From Octopus vulgaris (Eukaryota): a DNA stretch of 64,000 bases. A program made the position numbers and the translations under genes. The stretch is taken from NCBI GenBank assembly GCA_951406725.2, contig OX597815.1, positions 49,166,001 to 49,230,000 of the forward strand. Reading direction: 5' to 3'. Below, piece by piece: positions 26,445-38,560 of the stretch; position 1 is the first letter of the stretch; each line of letters begins with the position of its first letter. The notes beneath the pieces were generated by a model, which saw only the letters and a program-made list of their open reading frames with translations, was not told the origin of the DNA and ran no database searches.

Positions 26445-26850
26445 TATTTTTAATTTGTTTCAGTCATGCTGAGGTACCGCCTTTAAATTTCAGCCATGTT
26501 GAGGTACCGCCTTTAAATTTTAGTCGAATGTATCGACCCCATTACTTTTTTTTTAAAGCCTGGTACTTACTCTATCGGTCTTTCTGCCGAACCGCTAAGT
26601 AACGGGGACGTAAACACACCAACACCGGATGTCAAGCAGTGGTAGTGGGGACAAACATAGACATACAAAGACACGCACGCATACACACACGCACAAATAC
26701 GACGGGTTTCTTTCGATTTCTGTCTACCAAATCCACCCATAAGGCTCTGGTTGGGCCGAGTCAATAGTAATACCACTTACTTAAGATGCCACGCAGTGGG
26801 ACTGAACCCTGAGTCATGTGGTTGGGAAGCAAGCTTCTTACTACACAGCT
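26445..26850 (-). mobile_element. SINE family A, with a 30-bp tandem duplication in the tail
   Basis: Reverse match to family A; TTCAG-CATG-TGAGGTACCGCCTTTAAAT occurs twice. Confidence 0.85.
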
Positions 26851-27614
26851 GTATATATAATACAATATTTATTGTATTTATTTTGTATCTCGATAATTAG
26901 GTCAGGACCATAATTTGTTGCAGTTGGGTTGAAAGCTGGGACTTGATCAACTTCGACAGGGTCAATTAGGTGAATTACTCCAACATCCTCAGTAGTGCGT
27001 GCTAGAACATCTGAGAGAGATATCTTGAAAACTAAACATGATGTCTAACTGCCAAACTCCAAGCCTTTTTTCTTAGTTTTGGAAGAATATAATTATAAGT
27101 TTTAATAACCTTACTAAGCCTTTTTATTGTCGTTGTTGATTCTGGTGCTTTTGGTGTTTATGCTCTAACCAGCTCTAACCAAGAAGATCATTGATAAAGA
27201 TTTTTTAAAATGCATTCTAGCAGAAATTTCCCGTCCTTATAGTCAGTTTACTGCGGACTGCATTCTGCATTATGCCCATTTTTTCTTACTTTTGTAAAAT
27301 GGTTGAATGTGTTTGGAGAGATATTTGACTTGGCTGCTACTTCTAGCCGGTCAAGCAACCATGTACATACTTTTCTCAGTGGTTCATGGCAAGTCGTGTT
27401 GTTCTGCTTTGCTTCCATTAGTTACGGTGGTGAAAACAGCCAGAAATGTCTTTTCACGGTTGATTGGACAATATGAGGAAGTATTGAAGAAAGGCAAGTA
27501 AATATCTGTATTTGAAAACCCGTGCAACCCAATCTAGCATGAACATAAACATGCCAAAGCAATGAGGAGGAATAAATGAAAAAAAAAAAAAAAACTAAAA
27601 CAGAACAAAACAAA

Positions 27615-27685
27615 TATCAACATAATGGCGGTGCCCCAGCATGGCCACAGCTCATAGGCTGGAACTGGAATCAATCAATCAATCA
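27615..27685 (+). mobile_element. Very short retroelement 3' end sharing the SINE-A tail module, with (AATC)n tail
   Basis: GGCGGTGCCCCAGCATGGCCACAGC...GCTGGAAC versus SINE-A GGCGGTGCTCCAGCATGGCC-CAGTC...GACTGAAAC; upstream sequence is not SINE-A. Confidence 0.55.
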
Positions 27686-28937
27686 TAGGATTAATAAAAG
27701 AATTTTAAGGATCTGCGTTTTAAGGTAATAACATGCGGGTTATCAGCGTATTACAACATTTGATTGACACATTTTGTTTCTTTTTCGGATCATCTAACAA
27801 ATGTGATATTAAAATAGTTTAAATCAACAATAAGTCATGAATCTCAGAACACCTATACGAATGTTGTTTTTTTTCTTTTATGCCTCTTCTCTATTTATGA
27901 TCCATATTTTGTAACTAGATTAAAACTCAAGTCAGTGATGTATCCCCTCTTTACGATCCTTATTTTGTAAATGGACATATACTCATATAGGTGTTGTTTA
28001 TTTTTTTGAAGGGACAAAACAAAAAACAAAAGAAAAGAGAGAACAAAACTATACAAAAATTTTTTAAATAAAAGTAAAAAGCAAATAAAATACGATAAAA
28101 TAAATATAAATATAAATAAAATGTAAACTATGTTGATGAACATATCTGACTCAGATATATCTGAATAAAAATACTTTGTCTATGGCACTCCTTTGCGAAG
28201 AATGTAAAAATTCTGAGGCATTTTTCCTCATCAAAAATGACATAAAGGTTGCCAAGATATGACAGTTGCTTTCATGCTCAGAGAAGTTGCATTGATTACT
28301 GCCATGCACCAGTTACACATGCACAAACACACTCCCCACCACACACACAAAACACACACATAAAGTATGCTATAAAAAAATTAAGCAAGCAAATACAATA
28401 AAAATAGGTGGAGGTGTTGGTGTTTTGGAGGTGGGTAAAATCCCTTCTGCTTGCAATTTGTCTGATATTGAGGCAAACACAAAGCTGAAAATACCGTGTG
28501 TATATATACGTATATTTGTGTATGTTTATATATTCTTAGAAAGTCAACCAATCGGTCGTTATTGTTTATTATTTACTTTTATTCTTTGTTTTTATCCTCT
28601 TCATTATTATTATTATTATTGTTATTATTATTATTATTATCATCATTGTTGTTGTTGCTTGTTTTCTTGAAGTTGTTTTATTCCAAGCATGGAATGGAAA
28701 GGGATTTTTTGAAAAATAAATGTTGTTGTTTTTGATGATGATGATAGCAACAACAAACATCACCATCATAATAACCACCACTATCCCCACCACTATCACC
28801 ACCACCATCACTATTACCATCATCACCATGTTAATCACTATCATCATCAGTATCATCACCAATAACAAAATAACAAAAACTCTACCACCGACACCGTCGT
28901 CTTCATCATTATCATTACCGTCATCCTCACCACCAAC

Positions 28938-28941
28938 ATAA

Positions 28942-29004
<63 letters not shown>

Positions 29005-29048
29005 TAATAATAATAATGATAATGATAATAATAATAATGATAGTAATA

Positions 29049-29115
<67 letters not shown>
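28938..29115. repeat. (TAA)n microsatellite within a triplet-rich block (28600-29160)
   Basis: Direct inspection. Confidence 0.97.
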
Positions 29116-29116
<1 letters not shown>

Positions 29117-29458
29117 CTCCGTCATCATCGTTGTCGTCGTCATCATCGTCAACATCCTTATATACTTATATATTTTCCCTAGAAATATATATTTTGTTTT
29201 GAGTTTAGCAATTTTTTTTCTCTTTTCAATATTTTTCCCTAGACTTTCCTTGACTTGTCTTTCTGTCGATTTTATTTATTTATTTATTCATTTATTTCTT
29301 TGTTTGTATGTTTGTTACAGCAAATATCAGAAGATCGCATCTAATAATGCCCACCTTACATTGATATGATACTGCTTGCAGTAAGAGTAAATAAAAACTC
29401 ACAGTTTATTCTTTTATTTATATTTATTGTCAGCTTTTATTTTTTTACTTTATTTTAT

Positions 29459-29507
<49 letters not shown>

Positions 29508-30697
29508 TTACTTCTTTTTCTTTTTGGAGTGCCGAACTGACAGACCAATGTGTTTGTGTGGGTATTGCTATTCACCCACTTCTCCATCCCACCACCACCA
29601 CCACCATCCGCCCCCATTGCCCACCCGCTGCCCGCATGCTGCCGTAACTATAATCTTCAACACAGCATTTTTACGGTGCAATGATGTCAAATTGGCATCG
29701 GGTCGTAAAACAACATGGATGGAGAAAAGATTTCACTCAGTTTTCCTAAAATACCATCACCCCCAACATCACCACCACCACCACTATCCCCTAAATCACT
29801 AATTGACATTACCAACGCTACCAACACCAAAACCACAAACACCACGGCCACTTCTGTAAAACAGCCCCATCCCAAGACCAATACTCATATACGTACACAT
29901 ACACGTAGAGACAATTACGTACGGGGGATCGTGTATGTGTGTGTACGTGCACGCACGATCTTCCGTACATAAATGTTCAAAAATGTATCTTCAAGAAAAT
30001 GCAAAAAAAAAAAAAGGAAATAACATTATATCAGTACACATATGCAGTTATAGCTTGGCATGTTCGGTATATTTATACGCATATATATATATATAGTTTA
30101 TGGTGTAAGAAATTAGAGACTTCATGAGACGTGAAATAAGTCATTTTTAACAGTAGTACACGAAGTAGAAAAAAAAACTAGAATAGCGATGCATTAAAAA
30201 AAAACAGTCAGAAAAAGTTGAAGTCTGTCCGTGAGATTCGATCCTACTTATGTAAACATAACAGTGGCTCAAATCCTTCTTAGCATTGGACCATTTCACC
30301 AAATCATCAGATACATTTCATCCTAAGTTTAAGCCTAATGGCAACATAGATTATTTGGTTCGACTCAGTACGAATTTTTAATTGGAGTCTGCAATTCAGA
30401 GTATGTCTTGGACTGTTTGTATTCCTGTAATCATAGAAATTATGTATATTTATTTATTTTCAAATATTGAGTTTCCCTTACTTTTTCTCTTTGATTTATG
30501 GTTTTTGCTCAGTCCTCTTTCTCTCTTTCTACTTCTCCTCTCTCTCAATCTCTCTCTCTCTCGTGCACACTATTGATACTCAACACTTTGAATTATTTAT
30601 TGCGTCTTAAACACGTTCCCAGAAATCCTCAGAACTTATCTATCTATCTTTTTTCTACTTCTTTCTTTCTTCCTTTCCCTGTACGTGTGTGTGAGTG

Positions 30698-30916
30698 CAG
30701 TAATCCCTCGCCATATTGCGGTTCACCTATCACGGCTTATTATTTAAGCTTGCGTCGAATCCTCCACGATATTGTTTTGCATTTATAATAAAATAAATAT
30801 ATAAAAATTATAAACATTTCAAAAAAATATGCGGTACAGTAGTGTTTCTACCTCGCAGATTTTCACCTATCGCGGTGGGTGGGGGTGGAACGTAACAACC
30901 GCGATAATCGAGGGAT

Positions 30917-30921
<5 letters not shown>
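30698..30921. mobile_element. pogo/Tigger-like MITE
   Basis: TIR CAGTAATCCCTCG / CGAGGGATTACT abutting TA; second copy at 44437-44624. Confidence 0.75.
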
Positions 30922-30969
<48 letters not shown>

Positions 30970-30972
<3 letters not shown>

Positions 30973-31183
30973 GTGACCGCGTGTGTACCGTTGGCGATTT
31001 TTTTCCCTTCCGTCTTCCCTTCTCTGGATCCTTCCTTTTCCTATGTTTCTGACGAAGAGCTCCGCTCGAAACGTTAAACCCTCCTTCTTCCCTTCCTTCC
31101 TGAGCGTCCAATAATACTATATTTGTTCCACGTCCTCGCGTTGTTGTGTTTTCTCTTTGTGTTTTCATGTTTGGATTAACTTT
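30970..31183 (+). mobile_element. Short Penelope-terminal-repeat-like module embedded in (TA)n, copy 2
   Basis: (TA)n on both sides; same layout as 5725-5937 (pyrimidine tract, hammerhead, TCCTGAGCG...TAATAC...ATTTGTT). Confidence 0.7.
31045..31079 (+). ncRNA. Minimal type I hammerhead ribozyme motif
   Basis: GUUU-CUGACGA-A-GAGC-ucc-GCUC-GAAAC-GUU-AAAC: intact core, stems I and II; stem III is loopless within the palindrome AACGUU. Confidence 0.7.
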
Positions 31184-31196
31184 ATATATATATATA

Positions 31197-31403
31197 TAAT
31201 TCATTTTTATACTTTTTATGATCTAGTTATATGTTTTATAAAAATATATTTTATTTGATATTTATGTTTTGGTTTATGTCTATCATTGTTTGAATTGCAT
31301 AATAGTGGTTTTATCTCTAATTTATATTTTATATATTTATATCGTGAAATTTTATTTAATACTAAATTGAATTTTTCCCTGTAAGTTTGGAGCTATGCTC
31401 CCT
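31197..31403. mobile_element. AT-rich (TA)n-associated repeat, homologous to 42806-43100
   Basis: TCATTGTTTGAATTGCATAATAGTGGTTTT...AATACTAAATTGAATTTTTCCCTGTAAGTTTG shared by both loci. Confidence 0.75.
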
Positions 31404-31428
31404 ATTATTATTATTATTATTATTATTA

Positions 31429-31469
<41 letters not shown>

Positions 31470-31470
31470 T

Positions 31471-31501
<31 letters not shown>

Positions 31502-31719
31502 GTTAATTAAATATGTCCTTTGAAAACAAGGTAAACTGGCTCTACTATGAAATATGTCTAAAATCTTAAAAGATTCATGAGAGCGATTATATATTAGAGA
31601 GTAAAATAGTGGAATAGTTAACCTCAAAAATAATAATAATGTTAAGTATATAATATTAGCAATATTGTATTAATAGATAAATAAAGTACAGCTATGATGA
31701 TTAAAAGGATCGTTACGTC

Positions 31720-31984
31720 GTGAGATCAATTCCCATTTTATCTTTAAACAAGACACTTTATTTCACGTTGCTCCAACGTACTCAGCTAGAAAAATGAGTA
31801 GTATCTGTATTTCCAAGAGCCACCCTTGTCACATTTTGTGTCACGCTGAGTTTCCCTGAGATCTACATTAAGGGGAACGCTTGTCTTTAGAGTGCGCAGC
31901 AAGTTGCACGTTAATTTCATGAAAAGGCTGTTTCGTTGATCGGATCAACTGGAACCCTCGTTTTCGTAACCGACACAGTGCCAC
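31720..31984 (+). mobile_element. SINE family C variant (same central block, different 3' tail)
   Basis: CAAGACACTTTATTTCACGTTGCTCCA...ACTCAGCT...AAATGAGT shared with 25879-26215; tail shared with 9060-9190. Confidence 0.7.
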
Positions 31985-32612
31985 TTTTATATATGTTGGA
32001 AGAAAAGATGAGTGGGGGAGAGAAGATGAGGGGGAAAGACAGAGTATACAAAATATCAATTTTTCTTTTCAGTATATGATTTGATTTTGATTTTAAAATG
32101 TTTCATCATACCGACACTTTATATATTTATGTATACATTACTGTTCTAAATTTAATTCTTTTCACTTTTATGGGCCCCGTTTCTGATCACTTTGCACAAA
32201 AGAGTACTTTCTGTTTAAGTGCGAGATATATTTCTAAAAAATACTATAACATCGCATTTTCAAATATTTTTCTTTTTTTTTATGTTGATATGGGTGAATC
32301 GAATACACTCACAAAGTAATTTGCATTGCAAATTTTACGTACTTATTTTCTTGATATTTTGGTTATTTCCGTTCATCACTGTTTTGTGTGCTACGTTGCA
32401 TATAAACAGCAACACACACCTACGTTTCTACGAGAAAGGCTTGAAGAATCATCGATTTACTTCCCTGCTGATCTGACTACCAAAAACGCAACGTGTCCAG
32501 AAATGGAGTTTATTTTATGAGGATTTGCTTCAATGTATAGGTTGATTTTCTTTCTAAGTGTTTCTACCTATTAACATGTGTGTGCGTGCACATACATACA
32601 TACATTATACAC

Positions 32613-32669
<57 letters not shown>

Positions 32670-32704
32670 TGACAGAAGTAGGATTAATGCCGATAGGTAA
32701 TACT

Positions 32705-33045
32705 TATCCCCATTTAAACGTGAATGTTCTGTTTGAACAAACTATACTTCGGCAGCAGATACCATGAGAGAAACTCTCATTTGGGATTTTGGTGCAAAAT
32801 ACACGCTTGTTTACATCGCTGGTGGAGAGAAAAATCTCTGCCATCTCCAGCGCTGAGATCACCAGATCATGTGGTTTCGACCTTCCTTGATTTCGTCAAT
32901 GATGGACGTTCGACCACTAGAAAAAGTAGAAACTCAGAAGAAACTTTACCTCTCCGCCAACGATATAAACAAGAGTGCATTTTACACCAAATGCCCCAAA
33001 GCATCTACCGCAGTAAAGTTTATTTATCCACACGTATAAATGGGG

Positions 33046-33048
<3 letters not shown>
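32705..33048. repeat. Imperfect fold-back element between (TA)n tracts
   Basis: TATCCCCATTTAAACGTG / CACGTATAAATGGGGATA and inner arms TTTGGTGCAAAATACAC..CTTGTTTACATCG / CGATATAAACAAG..GTGCATTTTACACCAAA. Confidence 0.8.
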
Positions 33049-33095
<47 letters not shown>

Positions 33096-33144
33096 AAATA
33101 GAGAGAGAGTTTTTGAGGTGATGTACAGGAGTTGTATATTTAGA

Positions 33145-33351
33145 ATAATAAGGTAATCAGTATGTTGGATGATTATATATATTTTTCTATTTATTTACAT
33201 GTTATTTACAATTTTAGCGCTTTCTTTCGTTATCGGATTTTTTCTTTTTTTTTCTTTTTGAGAAATCCGATAACGGAAGAAAGCGCTAAAAATATAATTA
33301 AGATGTAAATGAATAAAAAATATATATAGCCATCCAACATTCTGACTACCT

Positions 33352-33357
<6 letters not shown>
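33145..33357. repeat. Fold-back hairpin with ~100-bp arms next to (TA)n
   Basis: ATAATAAGGTAATCAG...TTTTAGCGCTTTCTTTCGTTATCGGATTT / AAATCCGATAACGGAAGAAAGCGCTAAAA...CTGACTACCTTATTAT. Confidence 0.9.
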
Positions 33358-33381
<24 letters not shown>

Positions 33382-33382
<1 letters not shown>

Positions 33383-33811
33383 GGATCAGAATCGAAATCG
33401 ATCAATGGAAATTGCAGATGTGTTACCAGTGCCGGTGGCATGTAAGAGAACCTTCCGTTTTCGCGACCGTTGCCAGCGCCGCCCCGTTTGGCCTCGTGCC
33501 GGTGGCACGTAAAAAGCACCATCCGTTCGTGTCCGTTGCCAGCCTCGCCTGGCCCTCGTGCCGGTGGCACATAAAAAGCACCATCCGTTCGTGACCGTTT
33601 GCCAGCTCTGTCTGGCACCTGTGCGGGTGGCACGTAAAAAGCACCCACTACACTCACGGAGTGGTTGGCGTTAGGAAGGACATCCAGCCGTAGAAACACT
33701 GCCAGATTTGACTGGGCCTGATGAAGCCTTCTGGCTTCACAGACCCCAGTAGAAACCGTCCAACCCATGCTAGCATGGAAAACGGACGCTAAACGATGAT
33801 GATGATGATGA

Positions 33812-33815
<4 letters not shown>
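33382..33815 (+). mobile_element. Non-autonomous RTE-related retroposon with internal 62-67-bp tandem units and (GAT)n tail
   Basis: Units start GTGC[C/G]GGTGGCA at 33429, 33496, 33558 and 33621; then GGTTGGCGTTAGGAAGG-CATCCAGCCGTAGAAAC; ends GGACGCTAAAC(GAT)n. Confidence 0.75.
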
Positions 33816-33854
<39 letters not shown>

Positions 33855-33863
33855 CGTACATAC

Positions 33864-34056
33864 AGGCGCAGGCGTGACTGTGTGGTAAGAACCTTGCTTC
33901 CCAATCACATGGTTCTGTGTTCAGTCCCACTGCGTGGCACCTTGGGCAAGTGTCTTCTGCTATAGCCTCGGGCCGACCAAAGCTTTGTGAATGGATTTGG
34001 TAGATTTGGTAGACGGAAACTGAAAGAAGCCTGTTTTGTGTGTGTTTGTGTGTGTT

Positions 34057-34116
<60 letters not shown>

Positions 34117-34290
34117 TGTGTGTGTGTGTCTGTGTGTTTGTGTGTGTGTTTATGTCTCCGGCAAAGTGCTCGATAGAACAAGTACTAAGCTTACAAAGGA
34201 TAAGTCCTGAGGTCGATTTGTTCGACTAAAACCCCTTAAGGTGTTACTCCAGCATAGCAGCAGTCAAATGAATGAAACAAATAAAAGAAT
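33864..34290 (+). mobile_element. SINE family A with expanded (TG)n core
   Basis: Family A head and tail. Confidence 0.9.
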
Positions 34291-34450
34291 ATATATTGTT
34301 TGTTTTCCAAGATCCCGGGAACTTGCTGAAAATTATAAGATATATATATAGCAGGAAATATTTGACATACATTTTCACTTAATTACGATAAACATATTTT
34401 ACGTTGTCATTGATTTTACTTACATAATCGTTTCTTCTTTACATCGTGAT

Positions 34451-34666
34451 ACTCTTTTACCTTTTTATTTGTTTCAGTTATTTGACGGTGGCCATGCTGG
34501 AGCACCGCCTTTAGTCGAGCAAATCAACCCCAGGACTTATTCTTTGTAAGCCTAGTACTTATTCTATCGGTGTCTTTTGCCGAACCGCTAAGTTACGGAG
34601 ACGTAAACACACCAGCATCGGTTGTCAAGCGATGTTGGGGGGATAAACACAGACACAGAAACGTAC

Positions 34667-34715
<49 letters not shown>

Positions 34716-34881
34716 TACGACGGGCTCCTTTCAGTTTCCGTCTACCAAATCCATTCACAAGGCTCTGGTCGGCCCGAGGTTATAGTAGAAGACACTTGCC
34801 CAAGGTGCCACGCAGGGGGACTGAACCCGGAACCATGTGGTTCGTAAGCAAGCTACTTACCACATAGCCACTCCTACGCCT
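34451..34881 (-). mobile_element. SINE family A, full length
   Basis: Reverse match to 681-1110. Confidence 0.92.
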
Positions 34882-35185
34882 ATTTATTTTTGGTCGAACA
34901 ATGTGTCCCAAATGTATGTTGGGAAAATTTCAGTGTCATAAAACTGAATTCGAATATACAATATGTAAAGAAATAGAGGTAGGTCAACGAGCAGTCTTAC
35001 ATCACTCGCAGAAAAAGCTTGAGATTGACAAAGCAGTTGAAATGAATACAAAGCGCAAAATCGAGGAATGTGCTACAGCTGCAACTTGTAGCAAGCAACA
35101 GCCGTATCGTGTAAGCCTTGTCATCGTCTGTCTGCTTTTGTTTTGCAATGTTTTTCTTTCATTCATATAATCATTTATTTGTATT

Positions 35186-35393
35186 TTCTTTTCTTTTACT
35201 TGTTTCAGCCATTTGACTGCGGTCGTGCTTGAGCACATCCTTTAGTCGAACGAATCGACCCCAGGATTTATTCTTTGTAAGCCTAGTACTTACTGTATCG
35301 GTCTCTTTTGCTGAAATGCTAAGTTACGGGGACGTAGACACACCAACATCGGTTGTCAAGCGATGTTGGAGGGACAAAAACAGACACACAAAC

Positions 35394-35426
<33 letters not shown>

Positions 35427-35640
35427 CGATGGGCTTCTTTCAGATTCCATCTACCAAATCCACTCACAAGGCTACAGCAGAAGACCCTTGCCCAAGGTGC
35501 CACGCAGTGGGATTGAATCCAGAACCATGTGGTTGAGAAGCAAGCTTCTTACCACACAGCCACTCCTGTCAAGAAACATTCTATTACTCTTTTACTTATT
35601 TCAGTCATTTGACTGCGGCCATGCTGCAGCACCGTCTTCA
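35186..35640 (-). mobile_element. SINE family A (35186-35568) plus a tail fragment (35586-35640)
   Basis: Reverse match to family A. Confidence 0.88.
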
Positions 35641-35758
35641 AGCATTTTAGAAGAAATAATAACAACATTCGTTTTACTAAACAGTATCTCAACCAATTCT
35701 AAATAATAGAATAAAAGAGTTTATGAGAAAGTCTTTCAGAGATATCTTTTATCTTTTA

Positions 35759-36143
35759 CTAGCAGTATCGCCCGGCGTTGCTCAGGTTTGTAAGGGAAAT
35801 AACTATAAAGCATTTTTAGAGAGTTATAGCCAAAAAATAGCAAAAAAAATGGAAAAAAATGATGGTAAATTTTTTTTGAGATTTAAAAAAGGTGGAGTTG
35901 CGTCTCCTAGACAGTTTATGGTTTGTGTTTCTGATTCTCGACCCCATGTCGAATTTATCGATTTTTTTCAGAACTGGGGGAACTTTTCAAAATTTTCGCT
36001 GCGTTAGTTTTGAATTATGACATTGGGCTATGTGTGTGTCAAGTTTCATCAGAATCGGTTGAAAGCCGTGGTCAGGGTGAGGGTACAAGCAAACAGACAC
36101 ACAGAAACACGCACAGACAAACTGCCGTTTATATAGAGAGAGA
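35759..36143 (-). mobile_element. Non-autonomous Helitron
   Basis: Minus strand begins A|TC(TC)n and ends with hairpin CCTGAGCAACGCCGGG then CTAG|T; no TSD; inserted in a SINE-A tail. Confidence 0.8.
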
Positions 36144-36144
36144 T

Positions 36145-36543
36145 ATTTTGCTTGTCACTGGACTGCGGCCATACTGGGGTACCACTCCGAGGAAATTTTA
36201 TTCGAATGAACCAACTCCAGTACTTTTTTTAAAGCCTGATACTTATTCTATCGATCTTTATTGCTGAACAGCTAAGTTACGGAGACGTAAACACACCAAC
36301 ACCACGTGTGAAGCGGGGGCCAGAGGTCGAACACAGACACAAAGACACACACATATACATATATATATATGCACACATATGTGCATATGTAAGCATACAC
36401 ACACACGACGGGCTTCTTTCAGTTTCCGTCTACCAAATCTACTCATAAGATTTTAGCCGGCTGGAGGCGTCATACTGTAGGACAGAACTAAGATCCATGT
36501 GGTAGGAAAACAAGCTTCTTACCACACAGCCACACCTGTGCCT
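36145..36543 (-). mobile_element. SINE family A (diverged)
   Basis: Reverse match to family A. Confidence 0.82.
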
Positions 36544-36787
36544 ATAATGGATACCATTCAGAAAACTCGATTGCAAGGAATGGAATTTGTTCCTTTGACC
36601 ATTAAATTAATAGGGTGCATATTCTCTGAAGTTGCGACTTAATTATATTCAAAACCAAGATTTAGTTTATCCTCAGAAGTATACACCTCTCTTAATTCCA
36701 GTATTTTGATATGGATGTCCATGGAAAAATAATGAAGCAATCTGGTATCTTTGACACTCTTTCTACAGAAATGTTGTTGAAATAATT

Positions 36788-37175
36788 CGTGGCTGTGTGA
36801 TAAGAAGCTTGTTTCCCAACCACATGGTTCCGGATTCAGTCCCACTGCGTGGCACCTTGGGCAAGTTTCTTCTACTACAGCCTCGGGCTGACCAAAGCCT
36901 TGTGAGTGGATTTGGTAGAGGGAAACTGAAAGAAGCCCGTCGTATATGTATGTATATATCTATGTGTGTGTGTCTTTGTGTCTGTCCTCCCACCATCGCT
37001 TGACAACCAATGTTGGTGTGCTTACGTCTCCGTAAATTGGTGGTTCGGCAAAAGAGACCGATAGAATAAGTACTTGGTTTACAAAGAATAAGTCCTGGAG
37101 TCGATTTCTTCGACTAAAATCCTTTAAGGCAGTGCTCCAGCATGTCCACAGCCATATGACTGAAGCAAATAAAAG
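36788..37175 (+). mobile_element. SINE family A
   Basis: Colinear with family A. Confidence 0.9.
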
Positions 37176-37189
37176 TTCAAGTGAATTTA

Positions 37190-38560
37190 TTTTGAACAAT
37201 ATGTGGTGGATCGTGCTTTTTATGGTGCACCTCTGATGGGGAAATTTAGAAGGCTCGATGAACGTGAACAGCTATGATCTGCTCATGCAATTCATTTTGC
37301 AGCATACGATATGTGGCACGTAAGATCAGCGACGCCAGTCGTTGAAACTTCATTTTGGAAGAAACATGAGCCGAAGATGAGTTTGGTGGCTAAAGTGATG
37401 AATATGAACTTTTAATGCTACTGTCGATTTAGAAAGTGAATGCTTTGATAATGATCCTGAAAAGATGGAATTTTTTCTTAAATCTACACATGACTGTAAC
37501 AGGATCAATATTTCTATTAGTGTGAGACGGTGAGCTGGTAGAATCGTTGGCACACTGGGCGAAATGCTAATCGGTATTTCGTCTGCATTTACGTTCTGAG
37601 TTCAAATTCCGCCGAGGTCGACTTTGACTTTCATCCTTTTGGGGTCGATTAAATAAGTACCAGCTATGCACTGGGGTCAATGTATTCGACTTAACCCATT
37701 TGTTTGTCCTCGTTTGTCCCCTCTATGTTTAGCCCCCTGTGGGCAATAAAGAAATAAATATTTCAGTCATCATCTACAAAATCAGAGAAATTACAAGAAT
37801 CTTCCACAAATATTTTTAAAATAGCTTAGAAGGGCTATGTTCAAAATGGCACATGGAAAAATTTCGCAACTAGTAACGAATGCAACAGTCTTCTACCTTC
37901 GATTTAGGAAAATAAGATTGTCCACATGGAAAACTTTCATCACCTAAGTTCAAAACTGACAATTTTGATCTCAGAAAATAAGAAGCTCCCATCATATCAA
38001 TGACATCAATAAAAGTTGCTGAACAAAATCACGGCAGCCAATAATCGCCTCTACTTATACAAAAAGTGTATCTTCTTTCGTCATTAACGAGTGAAACCAA
38101 CTGAACAAATTTTTTTTAACTCCAGGAGACATTTATTCTACGCATAAAGAGAGAAAAAATTCGAAGTTGTCTGCTCTCATAGCAGACGAGAAAAGTTTGG
38201 CAGAGTTTCCAACCAAAGCAGATATTAGATCGTTTTTTTTTCTTTCAAGTGCACCTGTTGACTCTACAGCTAGTGAGACAGACGCATACACTCAAGAAAC
38301 TCTCCTTCAGACACCTTCGACATCTCTAGCTGAGAAACTTGATGCAGCTGTTAAAGCAGCTGAGCTAGAAAAGCAAAAATATATTACTTGACAGCAGGGC
38401 GGGAGTTCCGAGAAACCTCAAAATAGAACCTGATATCTTTGAAGAAACCAACCTAGAGAATATGAAAGAGCATTTTCTGCTGTGGGACATTTTGAAATTA
38501 AACCTGACTGAGCGGCCATAATATCGATCCACTCGTTTTAAAAATAATATAACAATGCAT
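37190..38560 (+). pseudogene. Decayed hAT-like transposase, interrupted by a SINE-B
   Basis: YGAPLMGKFRRL..EQL*SAHAIHFAAYD resembles the TDGA..M / C.AH..L catalytic region; later SLAEKLDAAVK and NLKIEPDIFEET resemble hAT C-terminal segments; many stops. Confidence 0.5.
37526..37756 (+). mobile_element. SINE family B, full length
   Basis: GAGCTGGTAGAATCGTT (A box) and GAGTTCAAATTCC (B box); GCCGAGGTCGACTTTG-CTTTCATCCTTT-GGGGTCGAT core. Confidence 0.9.
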
